Origin: Methanocaldococcus sp. 16A
GTDB lineage: Archaea; AGJL01; Methanococci; Methanococcales; Methanocaldococcaceae
Assembly: GCA_049860595.1 (NCBI GenBank)
Contig: CP187551.1
Reading direction: 5' to 3' (one strand)
Length of the DNA: 64,000 nucleotides
Both the position numbers and the translations under genes were made by a program. The notes under the pieces were generated by a model. It was not told the DNA's origin. It made no database searches and was given only the letters and a program-made list of their open reading frames with translations. Each line of letters starts with the position of its first letter. The first letter of the stretch is position 1. Of the stretch, positions 30,352-40,578 are shown piece after piece.

Positions 30352-31233
30352 ATGAATCCTTTTGACATAATGAAAGCTTCTCAAATAGCTTGCTGTTTAG
30401 AAGTTAGCTCTTTCAAACCGGGAAATGTTCATAGAAATAGGGACTATAAAGATATCAAATATCATCACTTTATAAACTCTGGAATTGCATTTGGAAACGT
30501 TGTTTATGAAGCGGCTCAAAAAGATAGAAATGTTGGCTTATACATAAAAAAGGCAGTAATTGAGAGCAAAAAATGGTCTCCAACTAATGCAAATTTAGGA
30601 ATTATAATGCTACACATCCCTATAGCAATGGCTGCTGGAAAATTAAAGAATTTTAATGAAAATAAATTAAAAGATAATTTAAAGAAGATTGCTGAAAATA
30701 CAACCGTTGAAGATGCAATAAACGTCTATGATGCTATAAATATAGCAATGGCTTATGTCAATAAACCAAAGAAAGGGCCCGATGTCACTTCAGAAGATGC
30801 AAAAAAAGAGCTTATTGAAAAGGGCTTAACTCTTTTAGATGTTTATAAAATATCTGCAGAATGGGATAATATAAGTAAAGAATGGGTTGATAACTTTAAA
30901 ATCTCATTTGAGGGCTATAATTTATTAAAAAAGTATTATAAAGAATTTAACAATATCAACTTAGCTGTAACAAAAACATTTTTAAACCTATTGGCTAAAT
31001 ATCCTGATACATTAATTGCAAGAAAGAAAGGTTTTGAAACTGCTTTAAAAGTTTCTAAAATGGCTGAAGAAGTTTTAAATGATTTTAGAGAAGAAAAGGT
31101 CAAAGAATTTGACAAATATTTATCAAAAGAAGGAAACAAACTAAATCCTGGAACTACAGCTGATTTAATTGCTTCATCATTGATGATATTTATATTAGAT
31201 AGAATAGACAGTGGGAAAACAATACTTTGGTGA
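30352..31233 (+). CDS. CitG-like triphosphoribosyl-dephospho-CoA synthase family protein
   Basis: [27 protein letters not shown]. Confidence 0.88.
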   Translation: MNPFDIMKASQIACCLEVSSFKPGNVHRNRDYKDIKYHHFINSGIAFGNVVYEAAQKDRNVGLYIKKAVIESKKWSPTNANLGIIMLHIPIAMAAGKLKNFNENKLKDNLKKIAENTTVEDAINVYDAINIAMAYVNKPKKGPDVTSEDAKKELIEKGLTLLDVYKISAEWDNISKEWVDNFKISFEGYNLLKKYYKEFNNINLAVTKTFLNLLAKYPDTLIARKKGFETALKVSKMAEEVLNDFREEKVKEFDKYLSKEGNKLNPGTTADLIASSLMIFILDRIDSGKTILW

Positions 31234-31237
31234 GAGA

Positions 31238-32971
31238 ATGGAAAAAGATATCTATGAAAAGATTATGGATTTAGCAAAAAGAAGAGGATATTTATGGAGC
31301 TCATTTGAAATCTATGGAGGAATTGCAGGGTTTGTTGATTACGGTCCATTAGGTTGTTTATTAAAAAACAACATTATATCAAAATTTAGAGAGCAATATA
31401 TTATTAAAGAAGGGTTTTATGAGATTGAGAGCCCAACAGTAACACCTTATGAAGTTTTAAAGGCATCTGGGCACGTTGATAACTTTACAGATCCAATTGT
31501 TGAGTGTAAAAACTGTTTAGAGTCTTTTAGAGCTGACCATTTAATTGAAGAGTTTGTAGATGTAGATACTGAAGGGAAGACTTTGAAAGAATTAGAAGAG
31601 CTCATTAGAAAACATGATATAAGATGTCCAAAATGTGGAGGAGAGCTTGGAGAGGTTAAGAAATTCAACTTGATGTTTGTCACATCTATAGGACCAGGAG
31701 GAAAGAGAACTGGTTATATGAGACCTGAAACTGCACAGGGAATATTTATTCAATTTAGAAGATTGGCACAATTTTTCAGAAACAAGTTGCCTTTTGGTGT
31801 TGTTCAAATTGGTAAAAGCTACAGAAATGAAATTTCCCCAAGACAGGGAGTTATTAGGTTGAGAGAATTCACTCAAGCAGAGATTGAATACTTTGTCCAT
31901 CCAGAAAGAAAAGAGCATGAAAAATTTGATTTAATTAAAGATGAAGTAGTTCCATTACTGCCAGCTGAAAGGCAGATGGATGAAAACTTAAGCGATGAAG
32001 AAAAAATAATCAAAATAAGCATTGGAGAGGCTGTTGAGAAAGGAATTATAAGACATCAAACAATTGCCTACTTTATAGCTTTAACAAAGAGATTTTTAGA
32101 GGATATTGGAATTGATAAAGATAAAATTAGATTCAGACAGCACTTGCCAAATGAGATGGCTCACTATGCAATTGACTGTTGGGATGCTGAGATATACACA
32201 GAAAGATTTGGATGGATTGAGTGTGTTGGAATTGCAGATAGAACAGATTATGACTTAAGAAGCCACTCAGCACATAGTGGTGTGGAACTTTCTGTATTTG
32301 TTGAGCTTGATGAGGAAAAAGAAATAGAAACTTACGAAATAAATCTAAATTATAAAGTTGTTGGAAAGATATTTAAGAAAGATACAAAGACAATTGAGGC
32401 ATATATAAACAATTTAAGTGAAAAAGAGAAAGAAGAATTTGTTAAAAATATTGAAAAGGATGGTAAAGTAATTATAACAGTTGATGGAAAAGAATTTGAG
32501 ATTTTAAGAGATTATGTTGAAATTAAAAAGGTTAAAAAAGTTATTAAAGGAGAGAAAGTTATTCCACATGTTATAGAGCCTTCTTATGGAATTGATAGAA
32601 TTACCTACTGTTTATTAGAACACTCTTATAGAGAGGAAGAGGATAGAGTTTATTTAAACCTAAAGCCGTCAATTGCTCCTATAAAAGCTTATGTCTTACC
32701 ATTAGTTAATAAGGACGATATGCCAAAAATAGCTAAAGAAATAGAGCAAATGCTGAGAGAAAATGGCATTATAGCTGAGTATGATAACAGTGGAGCTATT
32801 GGAAGAAGGTATATGAGAGCTGACGAAATAGGAGTTCCATTCTGTATAACAGTAGATGGACAAACATTAGAGGATAAAACTGTAACTGTTAGGGATAGAA
32901 ATACAAGAGAGCAAGTTAGAATTAAAATAGATGAACTTGTTGATTATTTAAAAGAGAGATTAAAGGAATAG
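31238..32971 (+). CDS. glyS: glycine--tRNA ligase
   Basis: YMRPETAQG, RNEISPRQGVIRLREF, VIEPSYGIDR. Confidence 0.97.
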   Translation: MEKDIYEKIMDLAKRRGYLWSSFEIYGGIAGFVDYGPLGCLLKNNIISKFREQYIIKEGFYEIESPTVTPYEVLKASGHVDNFTDPIVECKNCLESFRADHLIEEFVDVDTEGKTLKELEELIRKHDIRCPKCGGELGEVKKFNLMFVTSIGPGGKRTGYMRPETAQGIFIQFRRLAQFFRNKLPFGVVQIGKSYRNEISPRQGVIRLREFTQAEIEYFVHPERKEHEKFDLIKDEVVPLLPAERQMDENLSDEEKIIKISIGEAVEKGIIRHQTIAYFIALTKRFLEDIGIDKDKIRFRQHLPNEMAHYAIDCWDAEIYTERFGWIECVGIADRTDYDLRSHSAHSGVELSVFVELDEEKEIETYEINLNYKVVGKIFKKDTKTIEAYINNLSEKEKEEFVKNIEKDGKVIITVDGKEFEILRDYVEIKKVKKVIKGEKVIPHVIEPSYGIDRITYCLLEHSYREEEDRVYLNLKPSIAPIKAYVLPLVNKDDMPKIAKEIEQMLRENGIIAEYDNSGAIGRRYMRADEIGVPFCITVDGQTLEDKTVTVRDRNTREQVRIKIDELVDYLKERLKE

Positions 32972-32975
32972 ATGA

Positions 32976-33263
32976 TTATTTATCCTCAAATAAATTTTTT
33001 ATAATCTCATTATCAATATAAAATTTGAATTCTTTCGCTTTATAAATTCTCTTTGCTCTACTTCCTTCTAAAACTAAATCACTCTCAACTAAACCTGCTT
33101 CTTCTAATTTTCTTAAATGGGCATAGACAACAGGTCTTGATAGTTCCAACTCCTTAGCTAATTCATAGATATTTTTTGGTTGTTTATTTAATATATACAG
33201 TATTTTAACCCTTATTGGATTAGACAATGCTTCTCCCATTTTTACTACATCTATCAACTTCAT
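32976..33263 (-). CDS. ArsR family transcriptional regulator
   Basis: ALSNPIRVKIL...ELAKEL..SRPVVYAHLRKLEEAGLV winged HTH. Confidence 0.92.
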   Translation of the reverse strand: MKLIDVVKMGEALSNPIRVKILYILNKQPKNIYELAKELELSRPVVYAHLRKLEEAGLVESDLVLEGSRAKRIYKAKEFKFYIDNEIIKNLFEDK

Positions 33264-33267
33264 AAAA

Positions 33268-33525
33268 TCACTCTATTTCCTCCCATTTCTTCTTTAATTC
33301 CCTAACAATTTCTTTTATCTCTTCAACATCCTTCTCTATTTTTATAAGCTTTTCATTGTCTATTGAACTTGATTGCTTTTTTAATGGAGAAATTAGTATA
33401 TACATTATAACTGCAACAATTACTACAAAAATAATCATCCAGAGAATACTATAAAATGGACTTATAGTTACTCCCTCACTACCTACGTAATGTACTCCCA
33501 AACCCATAGGCATAAATCCCACCAT
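33268..33525 (-). CDS. small single-pass membrane protein with coiled-coil tail
   Basis: ILWMIIFVVIVAVIMYILI helix; co-oriented with the ArsR gene. Confidence 0.75.
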   Translation of the reverse strand: MVGFMPMGLGVHYVGSEGVTISPFYSILWMIIFVVIVAVIMYILISPLKKQSSSIDNEKLIKIEKDVEEIKEIVRELKKKWEEIE

Positions 33526-33599
33526 ATAAACTTTTAAAATTATTATATTTCAGCAAAATTTTTATTGAATTCTTTGTTTTGAGAAATATTTAATTTATT

Positions 33600-34850
33600 T
33601 TAATTAACTATCTCACCATTAAACACTATAGAAGGAGATATTAACTTGCCTCTCTGCTCAACATCATTTAATGGTATAGCCTCTTTAAACATCTCAAATA
33701 TATTTCCTCCAAACATTCCTTTTTTGATTGGGGTTATATCTCCATTCTTATATAAATATGAGTTTTGTATTTCTACAGCAAAATCTCCAGTTATTGGGTT
33801 TGATGTATGAGAGCCAATTACTCCATTAATATAGACATATTCGTCAAAGTCATCTAAGCTATTTTTTGTTTCTTTAATAATAAAGTTTGTTGGTGAAACA
33901 TAAGGTAGGGAGCTATAACTTCTTGAACAATTTCCTGTTGAGTTTTTTCCTTCTTTATTAGCTCTCTTTATATCATACAAATAATTTTTTAGAACTCCAT
34001 CTTCAACTAAAACTGTTCTTTGTGTAGCTGTACCTTCACCATCACACTTTGAAGAGTAGAGAGCATAATCTAAAGTTCCATCATCAACTATTGTTATATT
34101 TTCACTAAAAATCTGTTCTCCAATTTTTCCTTTTAAAATGCTTCTATCTCTTTGTACGTTTTCAGCACTGAATGCTGGCATTAATGTATAAGCTAACAAA
34201 TCATACAATGCCCTTGGGGATAAAACTATATTTCCTTTGTATGAAATAGCTTTTCCATTTACTGACTTTTTAGCTAAATCTAACGCTTTATAGCTAATTT
34301 CTTCAACATCAAAAATATTATGCTTTGTTCTGCATTCATAAGATGTTTCTCCATTATACATTATAGATATTGATGCAGAGAAATACGTGTCTTGTTCTTC
34401 AACATCTACACCATTTGAATTTATTAATCTTGCATATCCAATTTCTTTAGAAATTCCTCCGCTTAAAACAATTGCATTATTATCTAAGGCGATATCTCTC
34501 ATAGTTATTAAGCTTTCTAACAATTTTTCTTCATCTAAATCCAAAATTTCTTTATAAAACATCCCCTTTGGCTCTTTATATTTTTGCGGTTCAGCAAATT
34601 TAGTATATTTATCCTCAACCAAATTTTTCATGGCTTTATAGACAATATTCTCATCAAATTTGTTTGAATAAGCGAAACCAACCTTTCCATCCTTTATAAC
34701 TCTAACTCCAATACCATAGGAAATTCCTGTTTGAAAACTATCTACACTTTTTCCATCTAAATCAACACTTACATCATAAGATTTAACAAAAAGAACTTCA
34801 GTTTCAAATCCTTCTCTCTCTCCAATTTTTATTAATTTCTCTAAATCCAT
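33600..34850 (-). CDS. TldD/PmbA family protein
   Basis: GIGVRVIKDGKVGFA, DGEGT, SNPITGDF. Confidence 0.92.
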   Translation of the reverse strand: MDLEKLIKIGEREGFETEVLFVKSYDVSVDLDGKSVDSFQTGISYGIGVRVIKDGKVGFAYSNKFDENIVYKAMKNLVEDKYTKFAEPQKYKEPKGMFYKEILDLDEEKLLESLITMRDIALDNNAIVLSGGISKEIGYARLINSNGVDVEEQDTYFSASISIMYNGETSYECRTKHNIFDVEEISYKALDLAKKSVNGKAISYKGNIVLSPRALYDLLAYTLMPAFSAENVQRDRSILKGKIGEQIFSENITIVDDGTLDYALYSSKCDGEGTATQRTVLVEDGVLKNYLYDIKRANKEGKNSTGNCSRSYSSLPYVSPTNFIIKETKNSLDDFDEYVYINGVIGSHTSNPITGDFAVEIQNSYLYKNGDITPIKKGMFGGNIFEMFKEAIPLNDVEQRGKLISPSIVFNGEIVN

Positions 34851-34943
34851 GCCCTCACCTAAATAAGAATTTTTTAGAGCAATAAATCAAAAAAGTAATT
34901 AAAAGCTAAAAATAATTAATAAAATAAATTAAATAAAAAAAGA

Positions 34944-36227
34944 TTAGAATGGACACCTGAAGTTTCTTCCAGCATATTTGCTTAATCCCAATTCTTGCTC
35001 AATTCTAATTAGTTGGTTGTATTTAGCTGTTCTTTCCCCTCTTGCTGGAGCTCCTGTCTTTATCTGTCCAGAGTTCAAAGCTACTGCTAAATCAGCTATT
35101 GTTGTATCTTCAGTTTCCCCACTTCTGTGAGAAACTATAACTCCATAACCATTTCTAAATGCTAAATTAGCAGCATCAACAGCTTCACTTAATGTTCCAA
35201 TTTGATTAACTTTTAACAATAAAGCATTTGCAGCTCTTTTTTCTATACCTTTTTTCAATCTCTCAGTATTTGTAACGAACAAATCATCTCCAACTATCTG
35301 TATATCTAACTCTTTAGTTATCAACGCAAAGCCCTCAAAGTCCTCTTCATGGAATGGATCTTCAATTGAAACTATTGGATATTCTTCAACTAAAGCTTTA
35401 TAATAATCTAAAAGCTCCTCTCTTGTTAATTTTTTGCCTTCAACATTATAGTAGCCGTCTTTATAAAACTCTGAAGCAGCAGCATCTAAGGCAAAGACAA
35501 TCTCATCCTCATATCCCGCCTTTTTAACACTTTCAGTTAATAAATCTAATGCCTCTCTTGATGTTTTTAATGGAGGAGCAAAACCCCCCTCATCTCCAAC
35601 ATTTATAGCATTTTTACCATACTTATCTTCAATAACCTTCTTTAATACATGATAGACCTCTGAACCCATCCTTACAGCTTCAGAAATTGATGTAGCTCCA
35701 ACAGGCATTATCATAAACTCTTGTAACTCTAAATCATTTCCAGCATGTTTCCCTCCATTTATGACGTTCATCATTGGAACAGGCATAACAAAAGAGTTAA
35801 AGCCCCCTAAATATTTATACAATGGCATTTTTGCTGTTGCTGCTGCTGCCTTTGCTACAGCTAAGGAAACTGCCAATATTGCATTAGCCCCTAACTTTGA
35901 TTTGTTTGGTGTTCCGTCCAATTGAATCATTATATTATCTATTTCTCTTTGCATTCTTGCATCATATCCTAAAAGTTCTGGCCTAATTATTGAATTAACA
36001 TTTTCAACAGCCATTAAAACTCCTTTTCCACCAAATCTCTTTTCTTTATCTCTCAACTCTAATGCCTCATGTGTCCCAGTTGATGCACCACTTGGAACAA
36101 TAGCAGAACCATATCCATTTCCTTTTGTTATAACTTCCACTTCAACTGTTGGGTTTCCTCTTGAATCAATAACTTCTCTTGCAACAATTTCTTTAATTTC
36201 AAATCTCTCATCCATGTTGTATAACAA
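34944..36227 (-). CDS. eno: enolase
   Basis: DSRGNPT, PSGASTG, GDEGG, SHRSGET, KTGAPAR; TTG start after GGTGA. Confidence 0.98.
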   Translation of the reverse strand: MLYNMDERFEIKEIVAREVIDSRGNPTVEVEVITKGNGYGSAIVPSGASTGTHEALELRDKEKRFGGKGVLMAVENVNSIIRPELLGYDARMQREIDNIMIQLDGTPNKSKLGANAILAVSLAVAKAAAATAKMPLYKYLGGFNSFVMPVPMMNVINGGKHAGNDLELQEFMIMPVGATSISEAVRMGSEVYHVLKKVIEDKYGKNAINVGDEGGFAPPLKTSREALDLLTESVKKAGYEDEIVFALDAAASEFYKDGYYNVEGKKLTREELLDYYKALVEEYPIVSIEDPFHEEDFEGFALITKELDIQIVGDDLFVTNTERLKKGIEKRAANALLLKVNQIGTLSEAVDAANLAFRNGYGVIVSHRSGETEDTTIADLAVALNSGQIKTGAPARGERTAKYNQLIRIEQELGLSKYAGRNFRCPF

Positions 36228-36248
36228 ATTATCACCCTCCAAATTTAT

Positions 36249-36343
36249 ATAGGACTTTCGTAGCTTTATATATTAATTTGGAATTTAGACACATTATAGG
36301 TGTCCATTGTTCAATAAAAAATTTGTTCCTGCGAAAGTCCTAT
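36249..36343. repeat. palindromic intergenic element, family 1, copy F
   Basis: ATAGGACTTTCGTAG...CTGCGAAAGTCCTAT; central GACAC..GTGTC. Confidence 0.9.
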
Positions 36344-36388
36344 AGTTTTGTACAACATAAATTTAAATTCTATATGTGATGCTCAAAC

Positions 36389-37732
36389 TTATATATATGG
36401 GGTCTTCCCGATGTAGTCTAATATATGAAAATTAAGACATTTAAAATAGCGACCATTATAATCAACTTTATAGACTACATCGGGATTGGGCTTCATTAGT
36501 CTCAACTCCCCTCTGGGTTCATTGGGGAGTAAATCATCGACCTCAGCCCCAGCCACGGGGACCCCAACTCCGTCTAAGAGTTTTTTAACTAATTTAACTC
36601 CTCTTTTAAAGATATTAAAAGAGCCAACTAATTGTCTATTAAAAGCTCCACATTTTTCGCATTTAACAACCTGTCCCTCTTGGGACTCCATTTTACTCCC
36701 GCATACGGGACAGGTTTTTGATGTGTAGTGTGGATTAACATAAAAAACAATACTCTTATATTCTAACTTTCTCGCAATACTTCTCCAACTCGTTCTATCT
36801 AAATCTCTGTTAAACTCCGAATTCTTATCATACATATTAAATTTGTTTAAATCTTCAAAGATAAAAATAGCATTAGGAAATAGTCTGGATAATTGAATAG
36901 TTAGTTTATTGATAAAATCATTAACTCGATTTTTTCTTCTATTGTAATATTTTCTTAACAATCTACCGATTCTTTTAGGAGCTTTTTTATAGATTGATTT
37001 TAATTTATCGATAATAGTATCATAAACCTCTTTAATCCAATGCAACTCGGATATATCAATCCTTATCCAACCCTCTGTTGGGTGATATAAATCTAATGAC
37101 TTTAAGTTACTATCAACTCCAACTACAACCTTTTTATTCGATAAATCAATAGGTTTTTTAAAAGTTATTAATGCCTCGTTATCCTTTAAAATAATCTCTC
37201 CTATGTCAAAATCTCTAACTTTATCAAAGAACCATTTATTTTTAATATCTAAAATTAAGTATTCTTTTCTCGGTTTTATAGTAATTCTTATTTCTCCTTT
37301 ATCTTTATTATATTTTATTAATGTTGTTTTAACTCTAACGAATGGTCTTTTAAATGTTGGTTTAATTCTTTTTCTTTTTCCTTTTAAATAATTAGATTTC
37401 CAACTTTCTATTGTAGAGTATGCTACTTTAATAGCTCCATCGACATAATGCTTTGCAAAATTCCATCCATTTAGTAATTCATTTCTTAACTCTCTCTTAA
37501 AATCCTTATCCTTAGGAATTTCTGGAATTAATCGTGTGGTAGTGTAGTGTTTATATTTGTTCCTCAGTTTATACCGATGTTTAACTATTTTTTCTTTCCA
37601 GTTTATGTTATTCCAAATAATATCTACTGCTTTTTGAGCAATGTTTATAAATTCGTATGGTAAGTTTTTTAAATCATAACTGTATTTAACTTTATATGTC
37701 AATACAATTTCACTGGGAAGTTTGTTATTCAT
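36389..37732 (-). CDS. tnpB: TnpB-family RNA-guided nuclease (IS200/IS605/IS607 OrfB), no adjacent transposase
   Basis: RuvC-I VGVD207, RuvC-II FE293DL, TSKTCPVCG..CEKCG zinc ribbon, RuvC-III NRQLVGSFNI. Confidence 0.92.
   Translation of the reverse strand: MNNKLPSEIVLTYKVKYSYDLKNLPYEFINIAQKAVDIIWNNINWKEKIVKHRYKLRNKYKHYTTTRLIPEIPKDKDFKRELRNELLNGWNFAKHYVDGAIKVAYSTIESWKSNYLKGKRKRIKPTFKRPFVRVKTTLIKYNKDKGEIRITIKPRKEYLILDIKNKWFFDKVRDFDIGEIILKDNEALITFKKPIDLSNKKVVVGVDSNLKSLDLYHPTEGWIRIDISELHWIKEVYDTIIDKLKSIYKKAPKRIGRLLRKYYNRRKNRVNDFINKLTIQLSRLFPNAIFIFEDLNKFNMYDKNSEFNRDLDRTSWRSIARKLEYKSIVFYVNPHYTSKTCPVCGSKMESQEGQVVKCEKCGAFNRQLVGSFNIFKRGVKLVKKLLDGVGVPVAGAEVDDLLPNEPRGELRLMKPNPDVVYKVDYNGRYFKCLNFHILDYIGKTPYI
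36398..36575 (-). ncRNA. putative omega/sot RNA of TnpB (structured, K-turn containing)
   Basis: GC-rich segment overlapping the tnpB 3' end; K-turn hairpin 36488-36549; 15-bp perfect stem 36406-36420/36471-36485; 7-bp long-range pair 36398-36404/36560-36566. Confidence 0.7.
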
Positions 37733-37832
37733 TATGTATCCCTTAAAATTTCTTTTTTAATGTAATCATCAATTTCTATCTTTGTTTATCTATTATTTAA
37801 CAATTTCGAGAGGCGTTTATAATGGTGATAGC

Positions 37833-38840
37833 ATGATTACTGAAGCATTAAAAAAGGTTATTGAATTTAAAGATTTAAATGAAAAGGAAGCAGAAGTAGT
37901 TATGAAAGAAATTATGAGTGGAAATGCAAAGCCTACACAGATAGCTGCTATATTAACTGCTTTAAGAATGAAAGGAGAGAGTATTGAAGAAATTACCTCC
38001 TTTGCAAAAATTATGAGAGAATTTTCATTAAAAATATATCCAGATGTTCCTAAGTTGTTAGATACTTGTGGAACTGGGGGGGATAATTTAAACACATTTA
38101 ATATAAGCACTGCCACTGCTTTTGTAGTCTCTGCTTATGTTCCAGTGGCAAAACATGGAAATAAGGCAGTCAGCAGTAAAAGTGGTAGTGCAGATGTTTT
38201 AGAGGCATTAGGAGTTAATTTAAATGTTCCTATAGAGAGAGTTAAGGAGTCAATAGAAAAGATAGGTATTGGATTTTTGTTTGCTCCTAATTTCCATCCA
38301 GCAATGAAGTATGCAACACCAGTAAGGAGAGAGTTGGGGATTAGAACTGTCTTTAATATCTTAGGACCTTTAACAAATCCTGCTAATGCAAATTATCAAT
38401 TAATGGGAGTTTATGATGAAAAATTGACAGAAAAATTGGCTTATGTTTTAAAGAATCTTGGTTTAAACGGGGCTTTAGTAGTACATGGTAGTGGAATGGA
38501 TGAAATAACAACCATTGGAAAAACAAAGATATCTGAGCTGAAAAATGGAGAAGTAAAGAGCTATTACATTGAACCAGAAGATTTTGGTATTAAGAAAGCC
38601 AAATTAGAAGATATTAAAGGAGGAAATGCTGAAGAAAATGCCAAAATAATTAGGGCAATATTTGAAGGAGAAGAAGTTGGGGCAAAGAGGGATATTGTAG
38701 TTTTAAATGCTGCCTATGCTTTATATATTGCTGAAGAGGCTAAAAATGTTGAGGAAGGCATAAAATTAGCTGAAAAATCAATTGATAGTGGAAAGGCTTT
38801 AAAGAAATTAGAGGAATTAATTGAATTCTATAAAGAGTGA
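37833..38840 (+). CDS. trpD: anthranilate phosphoribosyltransferase
   Basis: [29 protein letters not shown]. Confidence 0.97.
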   Translation: MITEALKKVIEFKDLNEKEAEVVMKEIMSGNAKPTQIAAILTALRMKGESIEEITSFAKIMREFSLKIYPDVPKLLDTCGTGGDNLNTFNISTATAFVVSAYVPVAKHGNKAVSSKSGSADVLEALGVNLNVPIERVKESIEKIGIGFLFAPNFHPAMKYATPVRRELGIRTVFNILGPLTNPANANYQLMGVYDEKLTEKLAYVLKNLGLNGALVVHGSGMDEITTIGKTKISELKNGEVKSYYIEPEDFGIKKAKLEDIKGGNAEENAKIIRAIFEGEEVGAKRDIVVLNAAYALYIAEEAKNVEEGIKLAEKSIDSGKALKKLEELIEFYKE

Positions 38841-39094
38841 TAATTATGGAAAAATTAATTATTAAATCTATGAAAAAAGTATTTTTAGATGAATTAAAAG
38901 AGCTTGAAAATGAATTAAATGAAATATTAAAAAAATATAATGTTAAAACTATAAATGAGCTTAAAAATAAAATTTCTACTGGTGAAATTAAAGAAACAGA
39001 AATTAGAAATGATTTAGAGAAAATTGAGGTTTTAGAAGAGAATATAAATAAAATTATGAAATGTTTAAGAGATATAAATGTAAAATCTTTGTAA
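38837..39094 (+). CDS. conserved small coiled-coil hypothetical protein
   Basis: ORF coupled between trpD and thiDN; E/K-rich heptads. Confidence 0.75.
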   Translation: MIIMEKLIIKSMKKVFLDELKELENELNEILKKYNVKTINELKNKISTGEIKETEIRNDLEKIEVLEENINKIMKCLRDINVKSL

Positions 39095-39107
39095 CTTGGT
39101 GATTTTA

Positions 39108-40358
39108 ATGGTTATTTTAGCTATTGGTGGTTACGACCCAACTGGAGGAGCAGGAATAACTGCAGATGCAAAAACGGCTCACACATTAGGAGTTTACTGT
39201 CTAACAATAACAACATCAATAATTCCCCAAAATAACAAAATGGTTTATGAGAAATTTGATTTACCTGCAGAGAATATAAAAAAGCAGTTTAAGGCAATTT
39301 TTGATGAATTTGATATAGAATATGTTAAGACTGGAGTTTTAACACAGCCAGCCATTGATATTTTGCTAAAATATATTGATAAATACGATTTAAAAGTTAT
39401 ATGCGACCCAGTTCTTGCATCTACAACAAAGTTTTCATTTGTTGATGAAGAATTAATGAAAAAATATGTTAAGCTTTTCAATAAAAGCTTTTTAATTACG
39501 CCAAATAGAGAAGAATATAAAAAAATAGTAGATTTTGTAAAAAATAACAATCTAAAAATTAAAGATGATTTATATATCTTAATTACTGGCATTGATGATA
39601 TTTTAAAAATAGGCTCTGAAACTGTAAATATATTTAAAGGATTTAAGGTTGAGAGGGAAGTTCATGGAACAGGATGTGTTTATTCAACAGCTATAACTGC
39701 ATTTTTATCTAAAGGCTATGATTTAGAATCTGCCATCAAAGAGGCAAAAAGATTTGTTTTATCTTCAGTCATATATGCCAAAAAAACAAAGTTTGGTTAT
39801 AACTCTAACCCAACTTATGTTAATAAAGAAAAAGTGATAAAAAACCTTAGCTATGCCATATATTTATTAAAAAAGATGGACTTTACATTAATTCCAGAAG
39901 TGGGGTGTAATATAGCTGAATCATTACCATTTCCGAGAGATTTTAAAGATGTTGCCGCATTAACAGGAAGAATAATAAAAAATAAGCTTGGAGGGTTTTA
40001 TATCGTTGGAGATATAGAGTTTGGAGCGTCTGAACATATAGCAAAGATAATATTATCAGCAAATAAGTTTAATCCAGAAATAAGAGCTTGTATGAACATA
40101 AAATATGATGATGAATTAATAAAAATGTTAAAAGATAAATTTACAATGTCTTCATTTGATAGGAAAGAAGAGCCACCAAATGTCTCAACTATGGAATGGG
40201 GAACAAAAATAGCTTGTAAAAAATTTGGTGGAGTTCCAGATATTATTTATGATAGAGGAGGCGAAGGAAAAGAGCCGATGATTAGAGTTTTAGGTAGAGA
40301 TGCAATAGAGGTTATTAAAAAAGTTGAAGTTATTCAAAGAATATATAACAAAAAATAA
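39108..40358 (+). CDS. thiD: bifunctional HMP(P) kinase / thiamine-phosphate synthase ThiDN
   Basis: GGYDPTGGAGITAD, HGTGC; C-terminal ThiN IPEVG.N, FGASEH, GKEPMIR. Confidence 0.92.
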   Translation: MVILAIGGYDPTGGAGITADAKTAHTLGVYCLTITTSIIPQNNKMVYEKFDLPAENIKKQFKAIFDEFDIEYVKTGVLTQPAIDILLKYIDKYDLKVICDPVLASTTKFSFVDEELMKKYVKLFNKSFLITPNREEYKKIVDFVKNNNLKIKDDLYILITGIDDILKIGSETVNIFKGFKVEREVHGTGCVYSTAITAFLSKGYDLESAIKEAKRFVLSSVIYAKKTKFGYNSNPTYVNKEKVIKNLSYAIYLLKKMDFTLIPEVGCNIAESLPFPRDFKDVAALTGRIIKNKLGGFYIVGDIEFGASEHIAKIILSANKFNPEIRACMNIKYDDELIKMLKDKFTMSSFDRKEEPPNVSTMEWGTKIACKKFGGVPDIIYDRGGEGKEPMIRVLGRDAIEVIKKVEVIQRIYNKK

Positions 40359-40366
40359 AAAAAATA

Positions 40367-40443
40367 TGGTGGACTGGGCGGGATTTGAACCCGCGGCCTC
40401 CGCACAGCCAATGCGGCGCTCTCCCAGTCTGAGCTACCAGCCC
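40367..40443 (-). tRNA. tRNA-Ala(GGC)
   Basis: reverse complement GGGCTGGTAGCTCAG...CCGCA-TTGGCTG-TGCGG...GGTTCAAATCC...CCAGTCCACCA. Confidence 0.96.
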
Positions 40444-40578
40444 ACAAAATAGCAGAGTTTTTATATTACATTATCATATATAAACTTTTCTATCATATAT
40501 TTAAATCAATAAATTGAAAAGAAATTATTATAAAAACCTTAAAACTAATTTTTAATAAAAATAAAAAAGAGGGAAAAC

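Noticed and set aside
37732-37785. Short frame [17 protein letters not shown] ending in a TAATG overlap with tnpB, as a tnpA remnant
   Set aside because: Only 17 codons, no start and no recognisable Y1 or serine recombinase motif; the left end of the element could not be defined
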